From a bacterium (GTDB lineage: Bacteria > Lindowbacteria > 2-12-FULL-62-27), in the NCBI GenBank assembly GCA_016202645.1, contig JACQOF010000146.1, positions 620 to 64,619 of the forward strand: a stretch of DNA of 64,000 bases, read 5' to 3'. Made by a program: the position numbers and the translations under genes. This document shows positions 24,957 to 33,532 of this stretch, piece after piece. The number at the start of each line of letters is the position of its first letter. The stretch's first letter is position 1. The notes under the pieces were generated by a model. That model ran no database searches, was not told where the DNA came from, and was given only the letters and a program-made list of their open reading frames with translations.

Positions 24957-25913
24957 CTAGTCCTTGGCGCTGGCGGCCGTCAATTCGCCGATCATCCCCT
25001 CCGGGATGTCCGCCTTGAGCGAATCCAAAATTTCTCCGAGCTGGGCGTTGGTGCTCGCGCCGACGATCGGCGAGACTACCGTCGGCTGGGCCATGATCCA
25101 GCGCAGAGCGAGTTGCAGGGGCGCGACGCCCGCGTCGTCGGCCAGTTCGATGAGCCGGCGGACCGCCCGGTCGGCTTTGTCCGAAGTGTAGCGTTTGATG
25201 TAGTCCGTCCGGTGGGTATCGGGGTTGTCCTTGCGGTGGAATTTCCCGGTGAGAAGCCCGCCGCCGAGCGGCGAATACGGGATGCAGGCGATGTTTCGGG
25301 ATTGGCAGACGGCCCGCGTCGCCTTCTCATAGTCTTCCCGGTAAACCAGATTGTACTGCGCCTGGTTCGTTTGATAGAGCGCGCCGTCCTGCCGGTCGGC
25401 GGCGTCGAGCGCGGAGGCCAGACGGTCGGCGGAGAAATTCGAAATTCCGATCGCCCGGACTTTCCCGTCCTTGACCAGCCGGTCAAACGCCGCCATCGTC
25501 TCCTCCTGCGGAACCACGTCGTCGTCCCAATGGGCCTGATACACGTCGATGACGTCCACGCCCAGCCGCCGCAGGGAGTCGTCGCAGGCCCGAAGAATAT
25601 GCGATCGCGACAGCCCCTCCCCGTCTTTTCCCTCCCACATTTTGCCCCGGCACTTGGTGGCGATCACCATCCGGTTCCGGTTTTTCCGGGATTTCAGCCA
25701 CCGCCCGATGATCTGTTCCGATACACCGCCCGGATTGCCCGGCGCCCAGTTGGAGTACATGTCGGCGGTGTCGAGAAAATTCCCGCCGGCGTCGACAAAA
25801 AAGTCCATCATCGAAAATGCGGCGCGCTCGTCCACGTACCATCCAAACTGCATCGTCCCGAGACAAATCGGCGAGACCTTGAGACCCGTTCCGCCCAGCG
25901 TTGTGAGCTTCAT
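24957..25913 (-). CDS. Aldo/keto reductase
   Basis: 'MKLTTLGGTGLKVSPICLGTMQFG', 'FLDTADMYS', 'IGISNFSADRL'. Start placed at the ATG giving MKLTT. Confidence 0.85.
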   Translation of the reverse strand: MKLTTLGGTGLKVSPICLGTMQFGWYVDERAAFSMMDFFVDAGGNFLDTADMYSNWAPGNPGGVSEQIIGRWLKSRKNRNRMVIATKCRGKMWEGKDGEGLSRSHILRACDDSLRRLGVDVIDVYQAHWDDDVVPQEETMAAFDRLVKDGKVRAIGISNFSADRLASALDAADRQDGALYQTNQAQYNLVYREDYEKATRAVCQSRNIACIPYSPLGGGLLTGKFHRKDNPDTHRTDYIKRYTSDKADRAVRRLIELADDAGVAPLQLALRWIMAQPTVVSPIVGASTNAQLGEILDSLKADIPEGMIGELTAASAKD

Positions 25914-25938
25914 CAAATCAATGGTATATCGCGTTGGC

Positions 25939-26589
25939 ATGATGACGCAAGGGAACCCGGAGGACCGTTACGTGAGCCGGGGCGGCCTGAAACTCGCCGC
26001 CGCGCTGAAAGCGTGGGCCATCCCGGTCGACGGCCGGGTGTGTCTTGACGTGGGCGCCGGCAGCGGCGGATTTACGCAGGTGATGCTCGAACAAAACCCG
26101 GCGCGGCTCTATGCCGTCGACGTTGGCTACGGCCAATTCGAATGGAAACTCCGGGGCGATCCGAGGCTGGTTCTCCTGGAACGAAAAAACGCGAGGTTCC
26201 TGACCAAAGAGGACATTCCGGACCCGGTCGATTTCTTCAGCGTCGACGTTTCCTTTATCTCCATTTTTAAAATCTTTCCGGCGATCCTGCCCCTGCTGTC
26301 CCCTGCCGCCGAGGGTGTCATCCTCTTCAAACCAAACTTCGAAGCCCGCCGGGAGGAGGTACAGAAAGGCGGCATTCTGTCAGACCCGGCGGTCCACCGC
26401 CGCCTGCTGCTCGAGGCCTCTCAGAAATTCCCATCCGCGGGCCTGACATTCGCTGAGTTGATGCCAAGCCCCATCCGTGGGTCGGGCGGAAATGTTGAGT
26501 ATTTATTGTGGTTAAAAAAAGGTTCGGATGCCCCGCCGGTGGAAACAGACCGGATTTCGTCCACGGTTACAACGGCATTTCAGAATTAA
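25939..26589 (+). CDS. TlyA-like rRNA (cytidine-2'-O)-methyltransferase lacking the S4 domain
   Basis: 'YVSRGGLKLAAALKAW', 'CLDVGAGSGGFTQVML', 'LYAVDVGYGQFEWKLRGDPRLVLLERKNAR', 'GNVEYLLWL'. The start could also be ATG 25921. Confidence 0.7.
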   Translation: MMTQGNPEDRYVSRGGLKLAAALKAWAIPVDGRVCLDVGAGSGGFTQVMLEQNPARLYAVDVGYGQFEWKLRGDPRLVLLERKNARFLTKEDIPDPVDFFSVDVSFISIFKIFPAILPLLSPAAEGVILFKPNFEARREEVQKGGILSDPAVHRRLLLEASQKFPSAGLTFAELMPSPIRGSGGNVEYLLWLKKGSDAPPVETDRISSTVTTAFQN

Positions 26590-27875
26590 AGAATCAGCCA
26601 CGTCGCCAATCCCAGGAAAACCCCCATGCTGACCACGTCCGTCGCCGTCGTGAGAAAAATGCTTGACGCGGTCGCCGGGTCCGTGCCGAGGCGCTGCAGG
26701 CCGATGGGGACCATCGCGCCCGCGATGCCGCTGACGACACAGCTCAGGACCATCGCCACGAATGCGACGATGCCCAGGGTCGCCGCCGATTCGGTATGCT
26801 GGGATACCGCGTAGATGTACATGCCGGCGGCCGCGACGACGCCGACGTGAAGGCCGTTCAGAAATCCGAGCCAGGCTTCCTTGATCACAACCATTTTTTC
26901 CCTGCCGGCGCTTAATTCTCCCAGCGCCATTCCGCGAAGCGTCACCGCGAGAGCCTGGCATCCCGCGTTGCCGGATTGGCCGGCCATCACGGGCAGAAAC
27001 GCCGCGAGGACGACGATCTTGTCGATCGTGTCCTGAAAGACGCCGACGACGGCGGCGGCAAGGAACGCCGTCAGAAGATTGATCTGCAGCCACGGCCCGC
27101 GGAATTTCAAACTGCGGGACCACGGCGTCGTCAAGCGTTCCTCCTTCTCGACGCCCACCATGCTGCCGGCCTGGATGGTGAGGTTGATGATCTCCTGCTC
27201 GAAAAGTCCCTGGCCCCGGACCAGCCCCAGGATCCGGCGCTGATCGTCGCAGACCGGGTACACGGGATAATGCAGCGTGATGACTTCCTTCATCGCCTCC
27301 TCGACGAGGAGATTCGGCCGGAGAGAAAAGGGGTCCCGGAGCATGATCCGGCCGAGCCGCTGGGTCTTGTCGGCCAGCAGAAGATCGCGCATGACCACGA
27401 GGCCGACCAATTTTTCCGATGAATCGACGACGTAGAGGTAGGTGATGAAGGCCTTCTTCACCATTTCCCGAAGCTGGGCGACCGCCTGTTCCGCCGTCTC
27501 GTCCTCGTGGAGAATCCCCGCCGGCATCTCCATCATCCGGCCGATGCTGCCTTCCGGAAAGACCCGGTTGCGCTCCCATTGGGCCCTCTGCGCGTCGCTG
27601 CAGCAGGCCAGAAGTTTTTCCCGGCGCGCGTCATCGAAGGCCGACAGGATTTTCAGGGCATTCGACGGATTGAGTCTCGACAAAACATCGGCCACGATCC
27701 CGTCCGGTTCCCGGAATAGAATCTTGTCAACGGCTTCCCGAGTCGCGTATTTTCTGACCTCCGCGTGAATCCCCGCAACCCGTTCCTCACGCTCCCGAAC
27801 CGACGCCGGCAAAATCGTCACGGATGAACTCATGTCCGCCATGTAAATATCAAATACTGTTTCGATCAAGGACAA
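26586..27875 (-). CDS. mgtE: Magnesium transporter MgtE
   Basis: MgtE_N domain, then CBS pairs, then the membrane domain 'AAFLPVMAGQSGNAGCQALAVTLRGMALGE' and 'FLTTATDVVSMGVFLGLA'. Confidence 0.9.
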   Translation of the reverse strand: MSLIETVFDIYMADMSSSVTILPASVREREERVAGIHAEVRKYATREAVDKILFREPDGIVADVLSRLNPSNALKILSAFDDARREKLLACCSDAQRAQWERNRVFPEGSIGRMMEMPAGILHEDETAEQAVAQLREMVKKAFITYLYVVDSSEKLVGLVVMRDLLLADKTQRLGRIMLRDPFSLRPNLLVEEAMKEVITLHYPVYPVCDDQRRILGLVRGQGLFEQEIINLTIQAGSMVGVEKEERLTTPWSRSLKFRGPWLQINLLTAFLAAAVVGVFQDTIDKIVVLAAFLPVMAGQSGNAGCQALAVTLRGMALGELSAGREKMVVIKEAWLGFLNGLHVGVVAAAGMYIYAVSQHTESAATLGIVAFVAMVLSCVVSGIAGAMVPIGLQRLGTDPATASSIFLTTATDVVSMGVFLGLATWLIL

Positions 27876-27918
27876 AATTCATATTGCTCTCCGGGCCGCG
27901 GGGAGCTAGTTTGGCGGG

Positions 27919-28716
27919 GTGATCAGCAGGGTTGCGATATTGGCCCATTCGGGGAAATCGGAGGCGAAACGGCTGTCGGCGAAACTTCGCCGGGTGTTGG
28001 CGCGCAAGGCGTCAGTGGTCGGTCTGGATCGCGCGGAGATCTGCTTCGTGGTCGGCGGGGACGGGACCATTCTCCGGGCCGCGCCCGAGGCCGCGCGGCT
28101 GGGGGTTCCGCTGGTTGGCGTCAACGCCGGCCGGCTCGGATTTCTGGCGGAACTGTCCGAAGACCGTCTCGGCGCGTCGATCGGCCCGATCCTTGCGGAG
28201 AAATTCTCGATCGAGGAACGAAGGATGATCGAGGTCTCGGTCGGCAAAGACCGCCGGAAGGCCCGCAAACTCGGCGTGGCGCTGAATGAAATGCTCATCG
28301 TCCGGGAAGGCCTTTCGCGCATCGCGGAACTGTCGATCTTCATCGGCGGCGAGTCCGCGGGTCTCTTCAGCCTCGACGGCGTCATCGTCGCCACCCCCAC
28401 CGGCTCCACCGGCCACGCGCTTGCGGCCGGCGGCCCGGTCCTCGCGCCGGAACTCGGCGCGTTTCTGATCGTTCCCTTGTGCCCCCACCCGCCCAGGGTA
28501 AGGCCGATGGTGATTGAGGAAAAAGAAGTGGAGATCGCGTGGACCGGCCGATACCCGGACCTGCGCGTCATGCTCGACGGCCGGAAAGCGGCCAACCTCA
28601 CCTCCGGCCCCAACACCCTCAGAATCCTGCCGTCCCCCTACACAGCCAAATTCGTCCGGCTGAACCGCCGCGAGGCCCCGTCCTTCTTCCACATTGTCCG
28701 GGAAAAACTAATCTAA
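27919..28716 (+). CDS. nadK: NAD+ kinase
   Basis: 'VVGGDGTILRAA', 'GVNAGRLGFLAE', 'DGVIVATPTGSTGHALAAGGP'. Confidence 0.9.
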   Translation: MISRVAILAHSGKSEAKRLSAKLRRVLARKASVVGLDRAEICFVVGGDGTILRAAPEAARLGVPLVGVNAGRLGFLAELSEDRLGASIGPILAEKFSIEERRMIEVSVGKDRRKARKLGVALNEMLIVREGLSRIAELSIFIGGESAGLFSLDGVIVATPTGSTGHALAAGGPVLAPELGAFLIVPLCPHPPRVRPMVIEEKEVEIAWTGRYPDLRVMLDGRKAANLTSGPNTLRILPSPYTAKFVRLNRREAPSFFHIVREKLI

Positions 28717-30650
28717 GCGATACCCGCCCAGCGGAGGCCCTGGACGGCGGCGAGGGCGGAGAGGTAGGCGAGGGCGGTGAAGGCGACGAGTTGGACGGTT
28801 GGAATGTACCATCCGCCGGTTTCCTTGCGGCTGACCGCCACGGTGGACATGCACTGAAGCGCAAATCCGAAGAAGATGATGAGGCCGACGCAGGAGGAAA
28901 ACGTAAAGAGCGGCGAGCCGTCCGCCAGAGTTGCGTTTCGCATCGCCAGAATGAGCGGGCCTTCGATGGCGTCTCCCCCCGCTGACACCATCAGCACCAG
29001 CGCGAGCGCGCCGACGAAAACTTCCCGCGCGGCGAACGCGCAGATGAGCGCCACTCCGACCCGCCAATCAAGACCCAGCGGGCGCATGACCGGTTCCAGC
29101 CACTGGCCGAGGACTGCGGCGTAGGATCCCGCGAGCTGGGCGGACTCGTCGAGGTGAGTTCTTGGCGGCAGATGCGTCAGGGCCCAGAGCGCGACGGCGA
29201 TGCAGAGGATCGTCCCGCCGGCCTTCTGAATGTAGGATTTTGTCCGGTGATACGTGGTCGCCAGGGCCACCCGGAGTTTCGGACGACGGATGGCCGGAAG
29301 CTCAAGCAGAAGCGACGGCCGGACGGATTTTTCCAGGCGGAAGATTTTTCCGAAGAGCGCCGCCGCCAGAAGACCCGCCAGGACGCTGAAGAGATAGAGC
29401 GCCGTCATGCCAAGCCCGCCGAGCCAGGCCATGCCGGGCGGCGTTAAAAACGCGATGAGGAGTCCATACACCGGCAGGCGCGCGCTGCAGACCATGAGCG
29501 GCAGAATGAAAATCGTCAGAAGCCTTTCCCGGGCGCTCGGAATGGTCCGCGTCGACAGCATGGCCGGGATGGCGCAGGCAAACCCCGACAAAATCGGAAC
29601 GAAAGCGCGCCCGCTGAGGCCGACCATCGCAAGCGGCTTGTCGACGATCATGGCGCCGCGGGAGAGATATCCGGAATCCTCGAGAAATCCGAGCGCCAGA
29701 AACAGAATGACGATCTGCGGAATAAACACGGCCACGGCGCCGACGCCCAGAATTACGCCGTCCGTCAGAAGCCGCGTCAGCCAGACGTCCGGGAGGACCG
29801 CCTGAAGCCAGGCCGCGGCGGCGGAAAAAAGCCGGTCGATGCCGTCCATCATCGGCTGGGCCAGCCAGAAGATCGACGTGAAGATGGCCGTCATGATCGC
29901 AGCGAAAACCAGAAATCCCCAGGCGGGATGAAGAAATACGCGGTCGAGCCGCGCCGTCAGCGGATCGGGCATGCAGATCGAAAGGCGGTGCTCGAGCGGC
30001 GTTTTGGAAGTGCTGGTGGTGACGACGCGGGCGGTGACGTTTTCAAGAAACTGGTAGCGCGCTGAAATGTCGCCGGCCGAGAGCGGCGCCGGCCGGGCCG
30101 CCCGGTCCGTCGTTGGCGCCTCCAGGAGGAGCCCCGTCTGCCTCCGAAGTTCTTTCAGACCGACGCCCGTCCGCGCGTCGACCCGGACCACCGGACAGCC
30201 CAGTTCGCGGGAAAGAGCCTCCGCGTCAAATGAGAGATGCTTGCGTTTGTTCAGGATATCGACCATCGTCACCGCCACCACCACCCGATACCCGGCGTCG
30301 ATCAGGCGCTTGGCCGGATAAAGATGCCGAGGGAGCTGGGTCGAGTCCGCGATGGCTACATAGACGGAGGGCGCGCCGTGCGGAGAATCTCCAAAGAGGG
30401 CGCGAATGGCCACCTGCTCGTCCGGCGACGGGCCGTCAAGACTTGTGATGCCCGGAAGGTCCATGACCCGCGCCCGGCGGTTGTCCAGGTCGGCGGCGCC
30501 GATGGCGCAGTCAACGGTTGAACCGGGATAATTGACGGTCCGATAATTGGACCCGGTCAGGGCGTTGAAGACGGTGGTTTTGCCGGAATTGGGAAGGCCA
30601 ACCAGGGCGATGAGCGGCGCCGCGGGCGCCGCCGTTGTCAGAGCAGGCAT
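28713..30650 (-). CDS. feoB: Ferrous iron transporter FeoB
   Basis: G-domain 'IALVGLPNSGKTTVFNALTG...VNYPGSTVD...DLPGITSL' followed by a polytopic membrane domain. Start set at ATG 30650 (MPALTT...), overlapping the feoA 3' end by 13 nt. Confidence 0.9.
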   Translation of the reverse strand: MPALTTAAPAAPLIALVGLPNSGKTTVFNALTGSNYRTVNYPGSTVDCAIGAADLDNRRARVMDLPGITSLDGPSPDEQVAIRALFGDSPHGAPSVYVAIADSTQLPRHLYPAKRLIDAGYRVVVAVTMVDILNKRKHLSFDAEALSRELGCPVVRVDARTGVGLKELRRQTGLLLEAPTTDRAARPAPLSAGDISARYQFLENVTARVVTTSTSKTPLEHRLSICMPDPLTARLDRVFLHPAWGFLVFAAIMTAIFTSIFWLAQPMMDGIDRLFSAAAAWLQAVLPDVWLTRLLTDGVILGVGAVAVFIPQIVILFLALGFLEDSGYLSRGAMIVDKPLAMVGLSGRAFVPILSGFACAIPAMLSTRTIPSARERLLTIFILPLMVCSARLPVYGLLIAFLTPPGMAWLGGLGMTALYLFSVLAGLLAAALFGKIFRLEKSVRPSLLLELPAIRRPKLRVALATTYHRTKSYIQKAGGTILCIAVALWALTHLPPRTHLDESAQLAGSYAAVLGQWLEPVMRPLGLDWRVGVALICAFAAREVFVGALALVLMVSAGGDAIEGPLILAMRNATLADGSPLFTFSSCVGLIIFFGFALQCMSTVAVSRKETGGWYIPTVQLVAFTALAYLSALAAVQGLRWAGIA

Positions 30651-30862
30651 ACCCGGATGGACCCGGCCTCGTATTTCCGCAGAGCGAAAACCGCGCCGCG
30701 GATGTTGACCGCGAGGGGATCGCGAAACGGCGAGGCCGCGACGACCCGGATGCATTCGCCCTCGGTGAATCCCATCTCCAGAAGCCGGCGGGAAAGAGAT
30801 TCTTCGCCGTCAACGGATTCCACCCGCGCCCAGGTGTTGTCCGGAAGGTCGAGCAGGGTCAT
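30638..30862 (-). CDS. feoA: FeoA-family protein
   Basis: 74 aa. 'LSRRLLEMGFTEGECIRVV...GAVFALRKYEAGSIRV'. Confidence 0.85.
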   Translation of the reverse strand: MTLLDLPDNTWARVESVDGEESLSRRLLEMGFTEGECIRVVAASPFRDPLAVNIRGAVFALRKYEAGSIRVCLL

Positions 30863-31350
30863 GACGCGCCGGACTTGGCGGGACTCTTCCGGGACGATTT
30901 TCTCCGGCGGAAGAAATCCTGGAATCCATCAAGGATCTTCCGGCGCTGGCCCAGGTCCGAATCAACGTATTCCATGAACTGCACCATCCGGTCGATGGTC
31001 TCCTGGCTCACCACATGCTCCATCAAACAGGCGTCGGATTTGGCGATGCCTTCCTCCACCCCGAGACACTGGCTGAAAAATTTGCCCATGATTTCACACT
31101 TGGACAAGAGATCCTCCGCGCGCCGCTTGCCTTCCTCGGTCAGCTGGACGTATTCGTAGCGGTCATGCTGGATGAGGGATTTGGCCGCCAGACTTTTCAG
31201 CGCGGCCGTCACGCTCGACATCGACACGTCCAGAGACTCGGCGATGTCCCGCACCCGCGCCACCTGGCGGTGCCGCTGGATCTGGAGGATCGTCTTTAAG
31301 TACATCTCCATGCTTTCGCTCAAGGTACTGCGGGGTCCGGTATTCCTCAT
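30859..31350 (-). CDS. DtxR/MntR-family metal-dependent transcriptional regulator
   Basis: 'MEMYLKTILQIQRHRQVARVRDIAESLDVSMSSVTAALKSLAAKSLI...YEYVQLTEEGKRRAEDL'. Its 3' end overlaps the feoA start by 4 nt (30859-30862). Confidence 0.85.
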   Translation of the reverse strand: MRNTGPRSTLSESMEMYLKTILQIQRHRQVARVRDIAESLDVSMSSVTAALKSLAAKSLIQHDRYEYVQLTEEGKRRAEDLLSKCEIMGKFFSQCLGVEEGIAKSDACLMEHVVSQETIDRMVQFMEYVDSDLGQRRKILDGFQDFFRRRKSSRKSPAKSGAS

Positions 31351-31382
31351 GATTTTCAGACCATCTTATATTGTTTGATGCG

Positions 31383-31937
31383 TCAAAGTAAAGGCTCGGC
31401 CGCCCCGTTGGCGCCGTTCGCGCCGCCGATCGGCCGCACCCAGAGTTCAAACAGGACGGCGCCGCCGCCGAGCAGGGTCGTCAGGAGAAAAAATCCGCCG
31501 GCACCGAGCGTCGCGCCGGCCCAGCATTCGGGGTGGGAGCCGAACCGGATCAGCCAGGGAAACGCCATCATGCTCAGGAAGGAAACAAACGTCAGGACAA
31601 AATAGACGATCTTGGACATTTCGCCGACGGTCGTGAGGGCCGCGAAGTGGCAGAGAATAAAAATCAGCAAGAGAAGCGTAAAGGAGTGGATATGGAAGAA
31701 CTCGAGCATCTCGCCGGTTGATTTGGCGAATTTAAGTTCCGCCGCGCTCGGAGAGCCTTCGTTCCCCAGATAGTATTCCACCACGCCGCCGGAAGTCAGC
31801 CCCGTGCGGTGATGCAGGGTATAGAGCGACAGCCAGATGGCCAGAATCGTCCCGATCAGAAAAAGCGTGATCAGGACCTTGTTCGATATCCGGGTGCGGT
31901 TCAGGGAAAATTTCGGTACGGCGTAATATTGCGTCAT
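31383..31937 (-). CDS. Hypothetical 4-TM membrane protein with conserved-looking His residues
   Basis: ATG 31937 overlaps the upstream stop (ATGA). Four hydrophobic segments. His-containing strings are 'YTLHHRTG', 'FFHIHSF', 'LCHFAAL' and 'GSHPECW'. No family recognised. Confidence 0.5.
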   Translation of the reverse strand: MTQYYAVPKFSLNRTRISNKVLITLFLIGTILAIWLSLYTLHHRTGLTSGGVVEYYLGNEGSPSAAELKFAKSTGEMLEFFHIHSFTLLLLIFILCHFAALTTVGEMSKIVYFVLTFVSFLSMMAFPWLIRFGSHPECWAGATLGAGGFFLLTTLLGGGAVLFELWVRPIGGANGANGAAEPLL

Positions 31938-33532
31938 CTGTATGTGCGATCCTCGAAGTTTTTTGTTTGAAGGCGGCCCGTCCCGCCAAGCCACAGTGCC
32001 TCAAAGCCGGCTTTTTCGACGAACCCCATCCCCTCCACGCCGGCGGCAAACAGCGCGGTCGACAGCGCATCGGCCTTCGCGGATGCGTCGGAACCCAGGG
32101 GGCCGACCACGACAGCCTGAAGACTATCAGGAGGCGGTTTGCCTGTAAACGGATTGATGATGTGCGGTCCGCGCTCGTACGCCCCGGAGACGGACAGAAC
32201 GGCGTCTTTCAAGATCAGCCGTACCAGCGGCCGGACATCCTCCCCGTGCGGCCTGCGCGCGTCCCGGACATCGACTGCCCAGCCCGCCTCGCCGTCCGGC
32301 GCCCCGATCGCCGCGATACTGCTCTCGCCGAAGTTGATGAGAGCCCGTTTGATTCCGGCCTCCTTCAAGATCCGCGCCATCCGATCCACCGCGTATCCCT
32401 TGGCGATGCCGTCGAGATCGAGCCGGACGTCTGTGTCAAGCCGGATGGTTTTTGGGGCTCCAAGAATCATAAAAAATTCCCGGTTTTGAATGAGATGAGG
32501 CGGATCGAGCGGAGCGAACGCCGCATTCGTCTGTTTCACCATTTCGAGAGCCAGCCGGCAGATATCAAAAAAGTCCCCGGAGACGGAGACCTCGGTTGAC
32601 ACCCGCCGCCGGTTGATTTTTGAAATCTCACTGGCGGTGTCATATCGGCTGAATACCGGCGTGAGGCGGTCCACTTCGTCGAAAGCCGCCTCTATGACCG
32701 CCTGCAGGTTCCCCTCGCCCCCGCCGCTGATCTCAATCGCGAGCGTCGTCCCCCAGATGACCTGCGTCCGCCGCACGGTGGAATTCCTCCCCCTGGAGGG
32801 GGGAGGCAAGGAGGGGGTGTGCCCTCGACGTTCTTCAAAAGTAACCCCCCTCCCAGCCTCCCCCTCAAGGGGGGAGGAGGTTTTGATCCCGGCTTCGTAC
32901 AGCGCGAGTATTTTCCGCACCCCCGCCGATATCGCGTTCGTCGAAATCGTCGCGCCGGCGATGTTGCGGATGTCGGTTCCGACGCGCAGCGGATCGGACA
33001 GGGTCTTGCCTGCGAACTGTTTTCGAAAGCGGTCGTACTTGATCTCAAACCCGTAAGCCTCGCGATACACGAGTACCTCCACCGCCCGGATGGTTCCATC
33101 GGCGTTCAGCGCCGCCAGATAGGTGATCATCTCATGCAGACCCTTCACTTCGTCCTCGAACGCATAACCGAGAATTCCCGACCGGTTCCGGATCTCCAAA
33201 TAGTGGACGTAGGGGGCGTCAAAAGGCAGGCGGGAGACTTCCCGGATCCGCATCTTCATCGGCTCGTCCGGCCAGAGGGTGCGCTCCTCTATGGAGGCCG
33301 CGCCGGGGAACAATCGCCGGACGACCTCCCCCGAACTTCTTGCCCCCTCGCCGGCTTCAGCCAAATGCGCGAAGGCGATGGGGGCCGCAAGGATCGCCGG
33401 ACATAAAAAAACGACGGCCTGAATTAGAATGCGGAGCCACCAGGCCCGTATAGGACCCGGTGGCTCCGCCGGTAGGGCCTTTCGGGCCTTACCGGCAAAA
33501 AGGGCGGAAGAACTCGAAATCAGAACTGCCAT
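31934..33532 (-). CDS. Fusion protein: FMN-binding domain + ApbE-family FAD:protein FMN transferase
   Basis: The N-terminal half has an FMN_bind-like end, 'DIRNIAGATISTNAISAGVRKIL'. The C-terminal half is ApbE: 'WGTTLAIEI', 'SEISKINRR', 'DLDGIAKGYAVDRMA', 'LINFGESS', 'SVSGAYERGPHIINPFTGKP', 'KADALSTALF'. Start placed at ATG 33532, which overlaps the porin gene's stop region by 13 nt. Confidence 0.75.
   Translation of the reverse strand: MAVLISSSSALFAGKARKALPAEPPGPIRAWWLRILIQAVVFLCPAILAAPIAFAHLAEAGEGARSSGEVVRRLFPGAASIEERTLWPDEPMKMRIREVSRLPFDAPYVHYLEIRNRSGILGYAFEDEVKGLHEMITYLAALNADGTIRAVEVLVYREAYGFEIKYDRFRKQFAGKTLSDPLRVGTDIRNIAGATISTNAISAGVRKILALYEAGIKTSSPLEGEAGRGVTFEERRGHTPSLPPPSRGRNSTVRRTQVIWGTTLAIEISGGGEGNLQAVIEAAFDEVDRLTPVFSRYDTASEISKINRRRVSTEVSVSGDFFDICRLALEMVKQTNAAFAPLDPPHLIQNREFFMILGAPKTIRLDTDVRLDLDGIAKGYAVDRMARILKEAGIKRALINFGESSIAAIGAPDGEAGWAVDVRDARRPHGEDVRPLVRLILKDAVLSVSGAYERGPHIINPFTGKPPPDSLQAVVVGPLGSDASAKADALSTALFAAGVEGMGFVEKAGFEALWLGGTGRLQTKNFEDRTYR
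32786..32880. repeat. G/C-tract palindromic element, family B (copy B1, inside a coding region)
   Basis: CCTCCCCC-TGGA-GGGGGGAGG (32786-32806) ... CCCCCCTCC-cag-CCTCCCCC-TCAA-GGGGGGAGG (to 32880). Same architecture as B2 and B3. Confidence 0.8.
33433..33504. repeat. Double-hairpin element, family C (copy C1)
   Basis: GGAGCCACC...GGTGGCTCC, then GGTAGGGCC-tttc-GGGCCTTACC, then GGCAAAAAGGG. Collinear with copy C2. Confidence 0.6.
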
